Shown here one piece after another: positions 20,373 through 28,659 of a DNA stretch of 32,000 nt (positions are counted from its first letter, which is position 1; each line of letters starts with the position of its first letter). The position numbers and the translations under genes are program-made. The DNA is taken from NCBI GenBank assembly GCA_900234795.1, contig LT962688.1, positions 2,910,001 to 2,942,000 of the forward strand, in the 5' to 3' direction. The DNA comes from Methylorubrum extorquens (GTDB taxonomy: Bacteria; Pseudomonadota; Alphaproteobacteria; Rhizobiales; Beijerinckiaceae). The notes under the pieces were generated by a model that saw only the letters and a list, made by a program, of their open reading frames with translations, had not been told where the DNA came from and made no database searches.

Positions 20373-20570
20373 CTACCGACGCGTCCGGCGGCTGTCCGCG
20401 CCCAAGACGTAGCAGTGGCGCACTGCGTCCCAGAACGCTGCGCGTTGGTCCGGCGTCAGGCTTGCGAGCCGGGCTTCCACTTGCGTGCGCCCGGCGATGG
20501 CGGCGGGATCGCGGGCCATAGCGTCTTCGGACGGGTGGAGCGGGGCCTGCGGGGCCGTCTCGGCATCCAT
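20373..20570 (-). CDS. hypothetical small protein (65 aa)
   Basis: MDAETAPQAPLHPSEDAMARDPAAIAGRTQVEARLASLTPDQRAAFWDAVRHCYVLGADSRRTRR. High third-position GC. No family recognised. Confidence 0.35.
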   Translation of the reverse strand: MDAETAPQAPLHPSEDAMARDPAAIAGRTQVEARLASLTPDQRAAFWDAVRHCYVLGADSRRTRR

Positions 20571-20786
20571 GGTCGCCCATCCTGCGAAACTGCCATGCGG
20601 CATCACCGAATCAATGCGTGGGCGGCCCGAGCGGTTCGCGCGCCGCCGAACGATCCGCTATAGGCCGCACGAGACCGGCCTCTCCGCCCGCGAGATGTCC
20701 CGGTTTCCCCTCGCGCCAAGCGGGGAGATCCGACAGCCAGGACCGAGACGAAGCGTGCGGACCTCAACCTCATCGAAGGCCGATCC

Positions 20787-21434
20787 GTGCGGTTGATCGT
20801 CGAGAATCTGGCCTGCCGGCGCTCCGGACGCCGCATCTTTTCCGGCCTTTCTTTCGTGCTCGGACCCGGCGAAGGCCTGATGGTCACCGGGCGCAACGGC
20901 ACGGGCAAATCGAGCCTGCTCACGATGCTGTCCGGCCGCCTCAAGCCCGATGCCGGCACGATCCGCGCCGAGGGCATCGGCGAGGCGAACCTGCCGGAAT
21001 GCCTTCACGTGGTCGGGCACCGGGACGGATTGAAATCGGCGCTGACCGCCGCCGAAAATCTCGAATTCGCCCGCGATCTTCTCGGCAATCCCGCCGCCTC
21101 CCCGAAGGCGGCCCTGGAGGCGATGGGCTTGCCGCATGTTGCACGGTTGCCGGTCGGCTATCTCTCGGCGGGGCAGCGGCGCCGGGTGGCGCTGGCGCGC
21201 CTCCTCGTCTGCCGTCGCCCGCTCTGGCTGCTCGACGAGCCGACCGCCGCCCTGGACCTCGCCTCGCAGGGGGTTCTCGCCGGACTGATGGGACGCCACC
21301 GGGCCGAAGGGGGGCTCGTGGTTGCTGCAACGCACCAAGCCCTCGGCCTGGAGGATGCCCGCGAGTTGCGCATCGGACCGGCGGCACCCGAGGCCGTCTC
21401 TGAAGCGGCGTTCGAGGCGGAGGATTGGCTGTGA
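20787..21434 (+). CDS. ccmA: heme exporter ATP-binding protein CcmA
   Basis: Walker A GRNGTGKSS, ABC signature LSAGQRRR and Walker B LWLLDEP. GTG start. Confidence 0.9.
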   Translation: MRLIVENLACRRSGRRIFSGLSFVLGPGEGLMVTGRNGTGKSSLLTMLSGRLKPDAGTIRAEGIGEANLPECLHVVGHRDGLKSALTAAENLEFARDLLGNPAASPKAALEAMGLPHVARLPVGYLSAGQRRRVALARLLVCRRPLWLLDEPTAALDLASQGVLAGLMGRHRAEGGLVVAATHQALGLEDARELRIGPAAPEAVSEAAFEAEDWL

Positions 21435-22099
21435 TGCGCGCCTTCTCCGCCCTCCTCGCCCGCGATCTGAAATTGGCCGCCCGGGTCGGCGGCTCGGGCG
21501 CGCTCTCGCTCGTCTTCTTCCTGATGATCGTGGTGCTGGTGCCCTTCGCGCTGGGGCCCGACATGAACCTGCTGTCCCGGATCGGCCCCGCGATCCTCTG
21601 GCTTTCGGCGGTGCTGGCCACCCTGATCGGCCTCGACCGGCTGTTTCAGTCGGACGAGGAGGACGGCTCTCTCGACCTGATGACGGGCGCTGCCGTGCCG
21701 TTGGAACTGGTGGTGCTTGCCAAGGTCCTGGCCTCCTGGCTCACGACCGGCCTACCTCTGGCGCTCGCTTCGCCGCTGTTCGGCCTGCTGGTGGCACTCT
21801 CCCCGAAAGCCATGGGTGCCATGGCCTTGACGCTGGCCCTAGGCACGCCGGCTCTGGCCTTCATCGGCGCCGTCGGCGCGGCGTTGACCGCCACCATCCG
21901 TCGGGGCGGCCTGATCCTGGCCATCATCGTGCTGCCGCTGATGGTCCCGACTCTGATCTTCGGGGTCTCGGCCGCTGAGGCTGCCCTGGGCGGCACGGTG
22001 CCGTTCACGACCCCGCTGACGGTGTTAGCCGCCCTGAGCCTGATCGCGGCAGTGGTCGGCACCCTGGCCGCCGCCGCGGCTTTGCGCTGGTCGGAATGA
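21434..22099 (+). CDS. ccmB: heme exporter membrane protein CcmB
   Basis: Polytopic membrane protein with FALGPD and EEDGSLDL motifs typical of CcmB. ATG 21434 overlaps the ccmA stop (TGATG). Confidence 0.9.
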   Translation: MRAFSALLARDLKLAARVGGSGALSLVFFLMIVVLVPFALGPDMNLLSRIGPAILWLSAVLATLIGLDRLFQSDEEDGSLDLMTGAAVPLELVVLAKVLASWLTTGLPLALASPLFGLLVALSPKAMGAMALTLALGTPALAFIGAVGAALTATIRRGGLILAIIVLPLMVPTLIFGVSAAEAALGGTVPFTTPLTVLAALSLIAAVVGTLAAAAALRWSE

Positions 22100-22142
22100 A
22101 CCGGGCGTGGCGGTCGGGAGGTCGCGCCTCGGTTCGCCGGAT

Positions 22143-22406
22143 CTACTTGTCGCAGCCGATGCAGATCCCGGTGTCGATCTTGTCGTCCTTCTTCTCCATG
22201 GCGGTCTCGCGGTCGGGATTGCCCGGGTCGCGCCGCACACCGCCCGCCCCGGCCGGCGGCATGGTCTGACCGACGGCAGAGGTGTTCGGCGCGTAGATGG
22301 TCGAAGCTGGACCACCGCCGGTCCCGGTCTGTGCCGGCCCTTGGGCGGCAGCGGATGTGGCGAGGGCCGCGACCAGAACCGCGGCAAACGACAGACGAGT
22401 GATCAT
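22143..22406 (-). CDS. hypothetical exported small protein (87 aa) with C-terminal ICIGCDK
   Basis: Signal peptide MITRLSFAAVLVAALATSAAAQ. AAGGGAG lies upstream of ATG 22406. The mature part is Gly/Pro-rich. Confidence 0.55.
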   Translation of the reverse strand: MITRLSFAAVLVAALATSAAAQGPAQTGTGGGPASTIYAPNTSAVGQTMPPAGAGGVRRDPGNPDRETAMEKKDDKIDTGICIGCDK

Positions 22407-22536
22407 CGGCAAACTCCCTTGGAGTTCGAACGCACTAGACCCTTGAGGGTTCACGCGGGTCCATCGCCGGAGATCGGCCTCACATCGGTGCGCGTATCGC
22501 TCTCGCAGGATCAGGCTCGGCAGCGCTTCGCGAAGC

Positions 22537-22956
22537 TCAGTCCGGCCAGCAGATCGTCGCTTCGCGCAAGCCCATCAGCTGGGCCTCGCCGAGCCCGAAT
22601 GAAGGGGAGGCATCGAACACCTCTCCCGCCACGCTCACCTCGCAGGCCTCGTCGAGAGCGCCATCGGCACAAAGCGCGAGGGCACGTGCGCGGCCCTGCA
22701 TCTCCGCGGCCGCGACCCGGATCAGAAGCTTGCCGGCCAAGCGGACATTGCCCGCCGCATCCTCCGGCAACAGGCCGATGCAGGTGATCTCGTCGTCGGT
22801 CGCGTAGACGAGGTGGCAATGATCGAGCGTAACGCGCTCACCGACATGGTGACGGGCCGCCGCCGCGAAGGCCGCCGCGTCCGCATGCGCATCGACCGCG
22901 TGAGCCCCGGATGGAAGCAGGAGGGCGCTCAAGAGGAAAACGCATCCGATCCGCAT
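22537..22956 (-). CDS. hypothetical exported Cys-containing protein (139 aa)
   Basis: Signal peptide MRIGCVFLLSALLLPSGAHA, good third-position GC bias, six Cys in the mature part. No family recognised. Confidence 0.5.
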   Translation of the reverse strand: MRIGCVFLLSALLLPSGAHAVDAHADAAAFAAAARHHVGERVTLDHCHLVYATDDEITCIGLLPEDAAGNVRLAGKLLIRVAAAEMQGRARALALCADGALDEACEVSVAGEVFDASPSFGLGEAQLMGLREATICWPD

Positions 22957-23050
22957 GGAGGACCCCACCGAACGATTCCGACCGTGCAAACTTCGCAATT
23001 TGTGGGCCGGAATGGCTCAAGGGGCCGGCGCGCTCTGGGATTTGGCGGCG

Positions 23051-23287
23051 TCAGCGGGTCTGGCCGGTCTGCGGAGCGTGGGTGTTCTGGTTGTCGGTCG
23101 GGCCGGTCCGCGTGAAGGCGAAGACGACGAGCCCTGCAAGGATCATCAGCACGACGGGAAAAGCGAACATCCAACGGGGCATCTCTGGCATCCATGAGGC
23201 AGCATTCGGACGACCGAAACCCCTGGGCGGCCGAATGGCTCCGCCGGAGCGGATCAGTTCGGAACCGAACATATGCAATGAATGCAT
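23051..23287 (-). CDS. hypothetical small membrane protein (start uncertain: 23287, 23191 or 23182)
   Basis: One clear TM segment, WMFAFPVVLMILAGLVVFAF. No convincing SD at any candidate start. Confidence 0.3.
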   Translation of the reverse strand: MHSLHMFGSELIRSGGAIRPPRGFGRPNAASWMPEMPRWMFAFPVVLMILAGLVVFAFTRTGPTDNQNTHAPQTGQTR

Positions 23288-23554
23288 GCCCGATCCGACG
23301 CGCCAGCGATTGCTTTGTGCACTGCAACCTGAGAAATCATGGCCATGCCGGATCGCGATGGCGTCGCGGTCCTGCAGCCCTTCTTGGGCGTTTCCTCCCT
23401 AGACTTCGGGCCGTCCTTCGGGGCGGCCTTTCTTCTTTTCTGGCTGCCGTTCGGCTTTGCTTGCGGCAGGGTCCGTGTATGTGGATCGCCGCTCGCGCAG
23501 GCGTCCCGAACGGCACAGGGCGCATTGACCGAAGCGCCGCCTTGACCGTAGCTT

Positions 23555-23740
23555 GACCGTTGACGGTTCCCGCAAGGGATCAAAAGGGAACGCGGTGAAA
23601 GGCTTTCGAGCTCGATCCCGCGGCTGCCCCCGCAACTGTGAGCGGAGAGTCCTCCATCACCACGTCACTGGGCATGCCTCGCCTGGGAAGACGATGGAGG
23701 GCGACGACCCGCGAGCCAGGAGACCTGCCGTCAGCCGTGG
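23555..23740 (+). promoter_or_regulatory. cobalamin (B12) riboswitch aptamer
   Basis: Conserved core elements are present in order:
- GGTTCCC...AAAAGGGAACGCGGTGAAA
- GCTGCCCCCGCAACTGTGAGCGG
- GTCACTGGG...GGGAAG
- the B12 box AGCCAGGAGACCTGCC (23714-23729)

The P1 helix is TGACGG (23561-66) paired with CCGTCA (23728-33). Confidence 0.92.
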
Positions 23741-23858
23741 TCACACGCGAGCCATGCCGGGCGGGGTGTCCCAGCAGGTGTCGAAACACTGAAGGCCCGT
23801 GGCCGGCAGTGGATCGGCCTCGGTCGCGGTGACGTGCCACCGTCGCTGCCGAGGCATC

Positions 23859-26111
23859 GTGTCCATCAAGTCCCCCTTTCACCGCCGCTTCTGCGGCCGG
23901 TCCCTGCTGTCCGCCGTCGCCGCCCTCCCCCTCACGACGTCCGGTCCGGTTCGGGCCCAAGCACTCCTGACACAACTCGATGAGATCGCGGTGCAAGGCA
24001 GCGCCGGGATTGGCCTGCCCGCCAACGCGCCGGCCGACGCCGTCGGCGCGGACGCCGCCGCAGCCCTGCGGACGCCAAGTCTGACGCAGTCCTCGCCGGT
24101 CGGCCTCAACCTGCGCACGCCGTCGCGCTCGGCGAGCCGGCTCGGTCTCACGCCGCTGGAAACGCCCGCGAGTCTCGACATCATCTCGGGCGAGACCATC
24201 CGCCTGCGCGGCCAGACCAGCGTGTTGGAGGCCGTGTCGCAGAACGGCACCGGCATCACGGCCTTCGGCTCGCCGGGCAATGGACTCGGCTTCTTCACCG
24301 CACGCGGCTTTGCCGGGCAGAACTCGATCCAGACGCTGTTCGACGGAACCCGGCTCTACGTCGGCGCCAACACTGTCACCTTCCCGTTCGATACGTGGAA
24401 CGTGGAGCGGATCGAGGTGCTGCGCGGGCCGGCCTCCGTTCTGTATGGGGACGGAGCCATCGGCGGTATCGTCAATGTCGTCTCGAAGAAGCCGCTGTTC
24501 ACGCCGCTCAACGTCGCCCGCTTCGGGCTCGGCGAGGACGGCATCGCCCGCGCGGCGGTCGATTCGACCGGGCCCATCGGCGAATCCCTGGCCTATCGTC
24601 TCAATGTCAGCGGCAACCGTGCCGGTGGCTGGATCACGCCGGAGGGCGACTTCCGCAATCTCGCGGTCTCGGGCGCGCTGACGCTCCAAGCGAATCCGGA
24701 TCTCGCCTTCACGCTCAGCCACGATTTCGGCTACCAGGAGCCCACCCGCTACTGGGGCACGCCGCTGGTGAACGGGCGTGTCCCCGACGCCATCCGCTTC
24801 AACAATTACAACGTCCGCGATTCGAAGATCGCCTGGACCGACAACTGGACGCAGTTCCGGACGGAGTGGGCCCCTTCGGCCGACGTGACGGTGCGCAGCA
24901 CCGCCTACGGCCTTCAAAGCCGCCGGCATTGGCGCGACGTTGAGCAGTACCGCTTCAACCCGGCAACGGGGCTCGTCGATCGCTCCGACTATCTCGAAAT
25001 CGGCCATAGCCAGGAACAGGTCGGGAATCGGTTCGACGCAACGTTCCGCGGCGCCCTTTTCGGACTGGCCAACACGTTCTCGGCCGGCTTCGACGTGAAC
25101 CATGTCAGCTTCCGCCACGCCAACAACTTCACCTTCTCCGAAACGCCGACGAGCGTGCCCCTGAACGGCTACGATCCCGGCTTCTTCCCGCCGGACGGGC
25201 GGGCGAGCCCGGCCTATGCCACGCGCACGAACCAGGCTTCGGTCTTCGCCGAGGATCGGCTGTTCCTGACCGACCGGTTGTCGTTCCTCACCGGGGTGCG
25301 CTTCGACGCGCCGCGTCTCCACCGGGAAGATCTGCGCAGCGGGGCGACCTTCGAGCGCTCGTTCCGCGCCCTCGGCTACCGCTTCGCGCTGCTTTACGAG
25401 CCGACGCCGGACACCTCGCTCTACGCGCAATACGCCACCGCGACGGATCCGGTGAACAGCCTGATCACCCTCTCGCAATCGCTGGCCGGCTTCGAACTCT
25501 CGACCGGCCGTCAGGTCGAGGTGGGCGCCAAGGGCCTCGTCTTCGGCGGCGCCGTCGAGTGGACCTTGGCCAGCTACCGCATCGTCAAGGACAACCTGAT
25601 CTCGGCGGTTCCGGGCCAGCCGACGGTCTCGACTCAAGTCGGCCAGCAATCCTCTCTCGGTGCGGAGGCCGCGCTCTCCTGGCTCCCCGCCCCCGGCTGG
25701 CGCATCGATGCCAACCTCGCTCTGCTTCACGCCCAGTACGACGACTTCACCCAGAACGTCGGCGGAGTTGCCGTCTCCTATGCCGGCAATCAGCCGATCA
25801 ACGTGCCGGAGCAGGTGGCCAATCTCTGGGTCAATTGGGCCTTCGCCCGCGACTGGGAGGGGCGCGTCGGCCTTCAGCATGTCGGCGAAGTCTTTTCAGA
25901 CTTCGGCAACACTGCCCGGCGGCCGGCCTACACGCTGGTCAATCTCGGCCTCGACCATCAGGTCACCGCCGGCTCCCGCCTGTCGCTACGGGTCTTCAAC
26001 CTGTTCGACACGACCTACGCGGTCGATGGCAGCGCCGTGAACGGCGTCGGCACCGCCTGGGTTCTCGGGCGCCCGCGCTCATTGGAGGTCGCCTACACGA
26101 TCGCGTGGTGA
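23859..26111 (+). CDS. TonB-dependent outer-membrane receptor (riboswitch-controlled; putative corrinoid/cobalt-related uptake)
   Basis: - Signal peptide plus a TonB-box-like DEIAVQG.
- Plug domain block VERIEVLRGPASVLYGDGAIGGIVNVVSKKP.
- C-terminal LEVAYTIAW ending in an aromatic residue.
- GTG 23859 with GAGG upstream is preferred over the track start 23799. Confidence 0.9.
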   Translation: MSIKSPFHRRFCGRSLLSAVAALPLTTSGPVRAQALLTQLDEIAVQGSAGIGLPANAPADAVGADAAAALRTPSLTQSSPVGLNLRTPSRSASRLGLTPLETPASLDIISGETIRLRGQTSVLEAVSQNGTGITAFGSPGNGLGFFTARGFAGQNSIQTLFDGTRLYVGANTVTFPFDTWNVERIEVLRGPASVLYGDGAIGGIVNVVSKKPLFTPLNVARFGLGEDGIARAAVDSTGPIGESLAYRLNVSGNRAGGWITPEGDFRNLAVSGALTLQANPDLAFTLSHDFGYQEPTRYWGTPLVNGRVPDAIRFNNYNVRDSKIAWTDNWTQFRTEWAPSADVTVRSTAYGLQSRRHWRDVEQYRFNPATGLVDRSDYLEIGHSQEQVGNRFDATFRGALFGLANTFSAGFDVNHVSFRHANNFTFSETPTSVPLNGYDPGFFPPDGRASPAYATRTNQASVFAEDRLFLTDRLSFLTGVRFDAPRLHREDLRSGATFERSFRALGYRFALLYEPTPDTSLYAQYATATDPVNSLITLSQSLAGFELSTGRQVEVGAKGLVFGGAVEWTLASYRIVKDNLISAVPGQPTVSTQVGQQSSLGAEAALSWLPAPGWRIDANLALLHAQYDDFTQNVGGVAVSYAGNQPINVPEQVANLWVNWAFARDWEGRVGLQHVGEVFSDFGNTARRPAYTLVNLGLDHQVTAGSRLSLRVFNLFDTTYAVDGSAVNGVGTAWVLGRPRSLEVAYTIAW

Positions 26112-26275
26112 ACGATGCACCGGGCCTCCCAACCGCCGGCGCCTGGGCGTGTCGTCACCACGCCGCAGGGCCCGCGGGAAACCCCGCGGCCGTCGGGGGA
26201 CTTGCCTGGCGGATAGCTCATCCTTCGCACGCCTTCGGGACGTGCAAGGGCACCATTACGTTCAGGAGTCCCCCG

Positions 26276-26566
26276 ATGCACCGCATTGCCTTCACCGTCA
26301 CCGTTCTGAGTTGCCTCGGCTCTGGCGCGGCCGTCGCTCAGGCTGGCCCCCCGGGCCTCCCCGGAGGCCCGTTCCCGCCGGGCACGATCATCCAGCGCCA
26401 GACCAACACCACCGGCAACACCGTCGATTACATCATCGCCCCGGGCGCCACGGGCGCCGACACCATCACCACCAACTCGGCGGCCGGCGGTAATGCCGGC
26501 CAGCCGGAGCGTGCCATCCCGCAGGGCAGCGCGGGCGGCGGAAGCGGGGGCGGCAGCTCGCGCTAG
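26276..26566 (+). CDS. hypothetical small exported Gly-rich protein (96 aa), possible lipoprotein
   Basis: AGGAG lies 7 nt upstream of ATG 26276. MHRIAFTVTVLSCLGSGAAVAQA could be cleaved after AQA, or VLSC could be a weak lipobox. The C-terminus is GSAGGGSGGGSSR. Confidence 0.55.
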   Translation: MHRIAFTVTVLSCLGSGAAVAQAGPPGLPGGPFPPGTIIQRQTNTTGNTVDYIIAPGATGADTITTNSAAGGNAGQPERAIPQGSAGGGSGGGSSR

Positions 26567-26586
26567 GAACGGCATAGCCGAGAACG

Positions 26587-26634
26587 CCGGCTCGGCGCTG
26601 GGGATCACCCGGACGCGCCGAGCCGGTTCTTGAT
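26587..26634 (+). terminator. rho-independent terminator-like hairpin
   Basis: CCGGCTCGGCGC-N16-GCGCCGAGCCGG followed by TTCTTGAT, 20 nt after the stop at 26566. Confidence 0.5.
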
Positions 26635-26765
26635 GCGGATAAGTCTCTGAGAAATCACTTAATTTCGTTGCGCAAGCGGCTCCCAATGCAACGTCGCCGG
26701 ACGCCCCCGCGTTGGCCCCGCGGTCGGTCGGCAACACGTCCGACGCCACGACAGGGAGCGCGACG

Positions 26766-27074
26766 ATGGGCCGGACGGCAGCGATAGGTATTCTGACGGC
26801 GCTGACTCTTTTCAGCTCGTCGCTAGCGGCAGCCCGACTGAAAATGGACGACAAGGCGTCGCTATGGCCACGCGCTGGAGCCAGCGAGAAGATCGACTTC
26901 ACCAACCGCGTCGGCAAATCGATGAGCACGCTCTCGCCGGGGCTCGACAGCGGCTATTTCATGCGATGCCTGGAAGAGGTCGCCAATATCGGCGACACCA
27001 AGGATCTCACGCTCAGCGACATGGTGCGAACCTGCGTCTCGCTGCAGGGCAGCCGATCCGGCGCCAGCGAGTGA
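26766..27074 (+). CDS. hypothetical exported protein (102 aa)
   Basis: GGGAG lies 7 nt upstream of ATG 26766. Signal peptide MGRTAAIGILTALTLFSSSLAAA. Two Cys. No family recognised. Confidence 0.5.
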   Translation: MGRTAAIGILTALTLFSSSLAAARLKMDDKASLWPRAGASEKIDFTNRVGKSMSTLSPGLDSGYFMRCLEEVANIGDTKDLTLSDMVRTCVSLQGSRSGASE

Positions 27075-27278
27075 GAATGCGTTCGCCCGCGAATCGAGGA
27101 AGTTTCCCGATCCGAAATCGCTTGAGCGCGCAGATAATTCGAAGCGTGCACGCATCATTCGTGTGCTACTCCGCAAGCCAGTGCCGACAGGCGCCCTGAT
27201 CGCCACTCCTCGTTGGCGATTGCTCCGCTTGCAAGCAGCCGGTATCAAATCCGGGTTTGATTAAGCGGGGCGATTGTG

Positions 27279-28253
27279 ATGCAGACCGGTACGCGGGCCG
27301 CCAAATTGGCGGCAACGAACGAGGCGTCGCTGGCAGCCCGTCCCTGGAAACAGCTCGGCTATCGCTATCGCCCGATGTCGCAGCACGCGCAGGAAGGGCA
27401 CGATTTCCGAGGTTCCCATCCGTATTACGGGTGGGCTGACGTGCGGGTCGATGACATCTCGTTGACGATGTACTCGAACTCGGACGATGGCGTGGCGATG
27501 GTCTACCACGCGTTCGGTCCGGATGCCTACGAAGCGGCCAGCGTCGCGATCTGGCTGGAAATCGCGCGGGCCTCGACCCGTGTGGCCGACGTCGGCGCCT
27601 TCACCGGCCTTTATGGCATGCTGGCACAACTTGCCGTGCCCAGCGCGAAAGTCATCCACGTCGAACCCAACTCGGCGGTCCGCGCCCGGCTCTCCATGAA
27701 CCTCGTCGCGAACGACCTGTTCGACAAGATTGCCGTCGTGCCGTTTGCCGTATCGAAGGACATAGGGACGCTCGCACTCCACATCGCCTGGGGCGAGAGC
27801 ATCTTGGACACGGGTTCGTCGCTCATCGCTCCGAATGCTCCGGGTCATATTCCGGTTCGAACCGAGATCGTGACGGCGGCTCCTCTCGACATGATCCTTC
27901 CGCAGCATGGCTTGTCGGCGCCGGACCTGATGAAGATCGATGTCGAAGGCGTCGAGCACATTGCCCTTGCCGGGCTTCGGCAGACCTTGCACTCGCGACC
28001 GACTTTGCTGCTGGAGATCCAGGGCCACGAACGGTTCGTGTCTTGCCACGCCATCCTCGCAGAGTACGGCTACCGCATCTACGCCGTCGATGACGAGGCC
28101 CTGTCTCTCGTCCCCTACGATGGGAGCGGCCCGGAGGAGTGGTTTGCTCGCCACGTCGGCGGACGAGTGCTGAACTTTCTCTGCGTCACCCGCGACCATC
28201 ATTTCTCGCTGGCCGAGAGGGGTATCAATCGCATTCGAGCGATGTTGGGCTAA
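27279..28253 (+). CDS. FkbM-family SAM-dependent methyltransferase
   Basis: VADVGAFTGLYG (SAM motif I) and the FkbM hallmark MKIDVEGVEHIALAGL. There is an extra N-terminal region of about 100 aa. ATG 27279 (GTG 27276 is also possible). Confidence 0.8.
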   Translation: MQTGTRAAKLAATNEASLAARPWKQLGYRYRPMSQHAQEGHDFRGSHPYYGWADVRVDDISLTMYSNSDDGVAMVYHAFGPDAYEAASVAIWLEIARASTRVADVGAFTGLYGMLAQLAVPSAKVIHVEPNSAVRARLSMNLVANDLFDKIAVVPFAVSKDIGTLALHIAWGESILDTGSSLIAPNAPGHIPVRTEIVTAAPLDMILPQHGLSAPDLMKIDVEGVEHIALAGLRQTLHSRPTLLLEIQGHERFVSCHAILAEYGYRIYAVDDEALSLVPYDGSGPEEWFARHVGGRVLNFLCVTRDHHFSLAERGINRIRAMLG

Positions 28254-28525
28254 TCGCCCGGCCGCTCCTCGAAGGGAAGGTCTACATTGACCGCATCGTA
28301 GTCCTTCCCGAGCAGCCTCACCCTTTTCGTCAGTGCAAACGCAAGCCCCGTAACCGCCAACTCGTCGGCGGACTCGACGCTAATAATTTCCCCAGCCTGC
28401 CGTATAAGGATTTGCCCCGTCTCGTCCGTGACTTCGACATCTCTCGTCGGGATCAGCCGCATGAAGGGCGGGCACGATCCAACGACGGAGCGCCTGCGTC
28501 GCCGCGGGAAGTTGGTGACGGACAT
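28250..28525 (-). CDS. hypothetical protein (91 aa; start uncertain)
   Basis: ORF MSVTNFPRRRRRSVVGSCPPFMRLIPTRDVEVTDETGQILIRQAGEIISVES... lies in the lower-G+C segment. Its stop overlaps the FkbM stop on the opposite strand. No SD and no family recognised. Confidence 0.3.
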   Translation of the reverse strand: MSVTNFPRRRRRSVVGSCPPFMRLIPTRDVEVTDETGQILIRQAGEIISVESADELAVTGLAFALTKRVRLLGKDYDAVNVDLPFEERPGD

Positions 28526-28659
28526 GAAGGTCTCTGACACGGGTCGGAGCGATTTGCCGCCCCTATCATAGGCGGCATTGCCAGAATACTCGATGGCCTC
28601 AAGGATGCGGGCACCCCGGCGCATGCGCTGCGGGACATGTCAGCGCCAAAGGGTCCAGA

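Noticed and set aside
23339-23545. 68-aa plus-strand ORF (hydrophobic centre) just upstream of the riboswitch, and the Lys-rich minus-strand ORFs 23254..23583 and 23399..23635
   Set aside because: SD sequences are weak or absent and codon bias is only moderate. The minus-strand ORFs overlap the riboswitch or its promoter region (tandem TTGACCGT boxes at 23542-23559). None can be supported from sequence alone.
23580-25880. Very long antisense ORFs opposite real genes:
- 766 aa opposite the TonB receptor
- 14076..15602 opposite ndh
- 17640..19301 opposite acnA
- 12085..13314 opposite the MCP
- 9426..10478 and others opposite nadB
   Set aside because: Their products are Arg/Gly/Ala/Pro-rich low-complexity strings with no recognisable motifs. 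Each fully overlaps a strongly conserved gene on the other strand. Stop-poor antisense frames are expected at about 70% G+C.
27616-27630. Sigma-54-like TGGCAC...TTGC
   Set aside because: The spacing between the GG and GC elements is two nucleotides too short, and the site lies inside the FkbM coding sequence.
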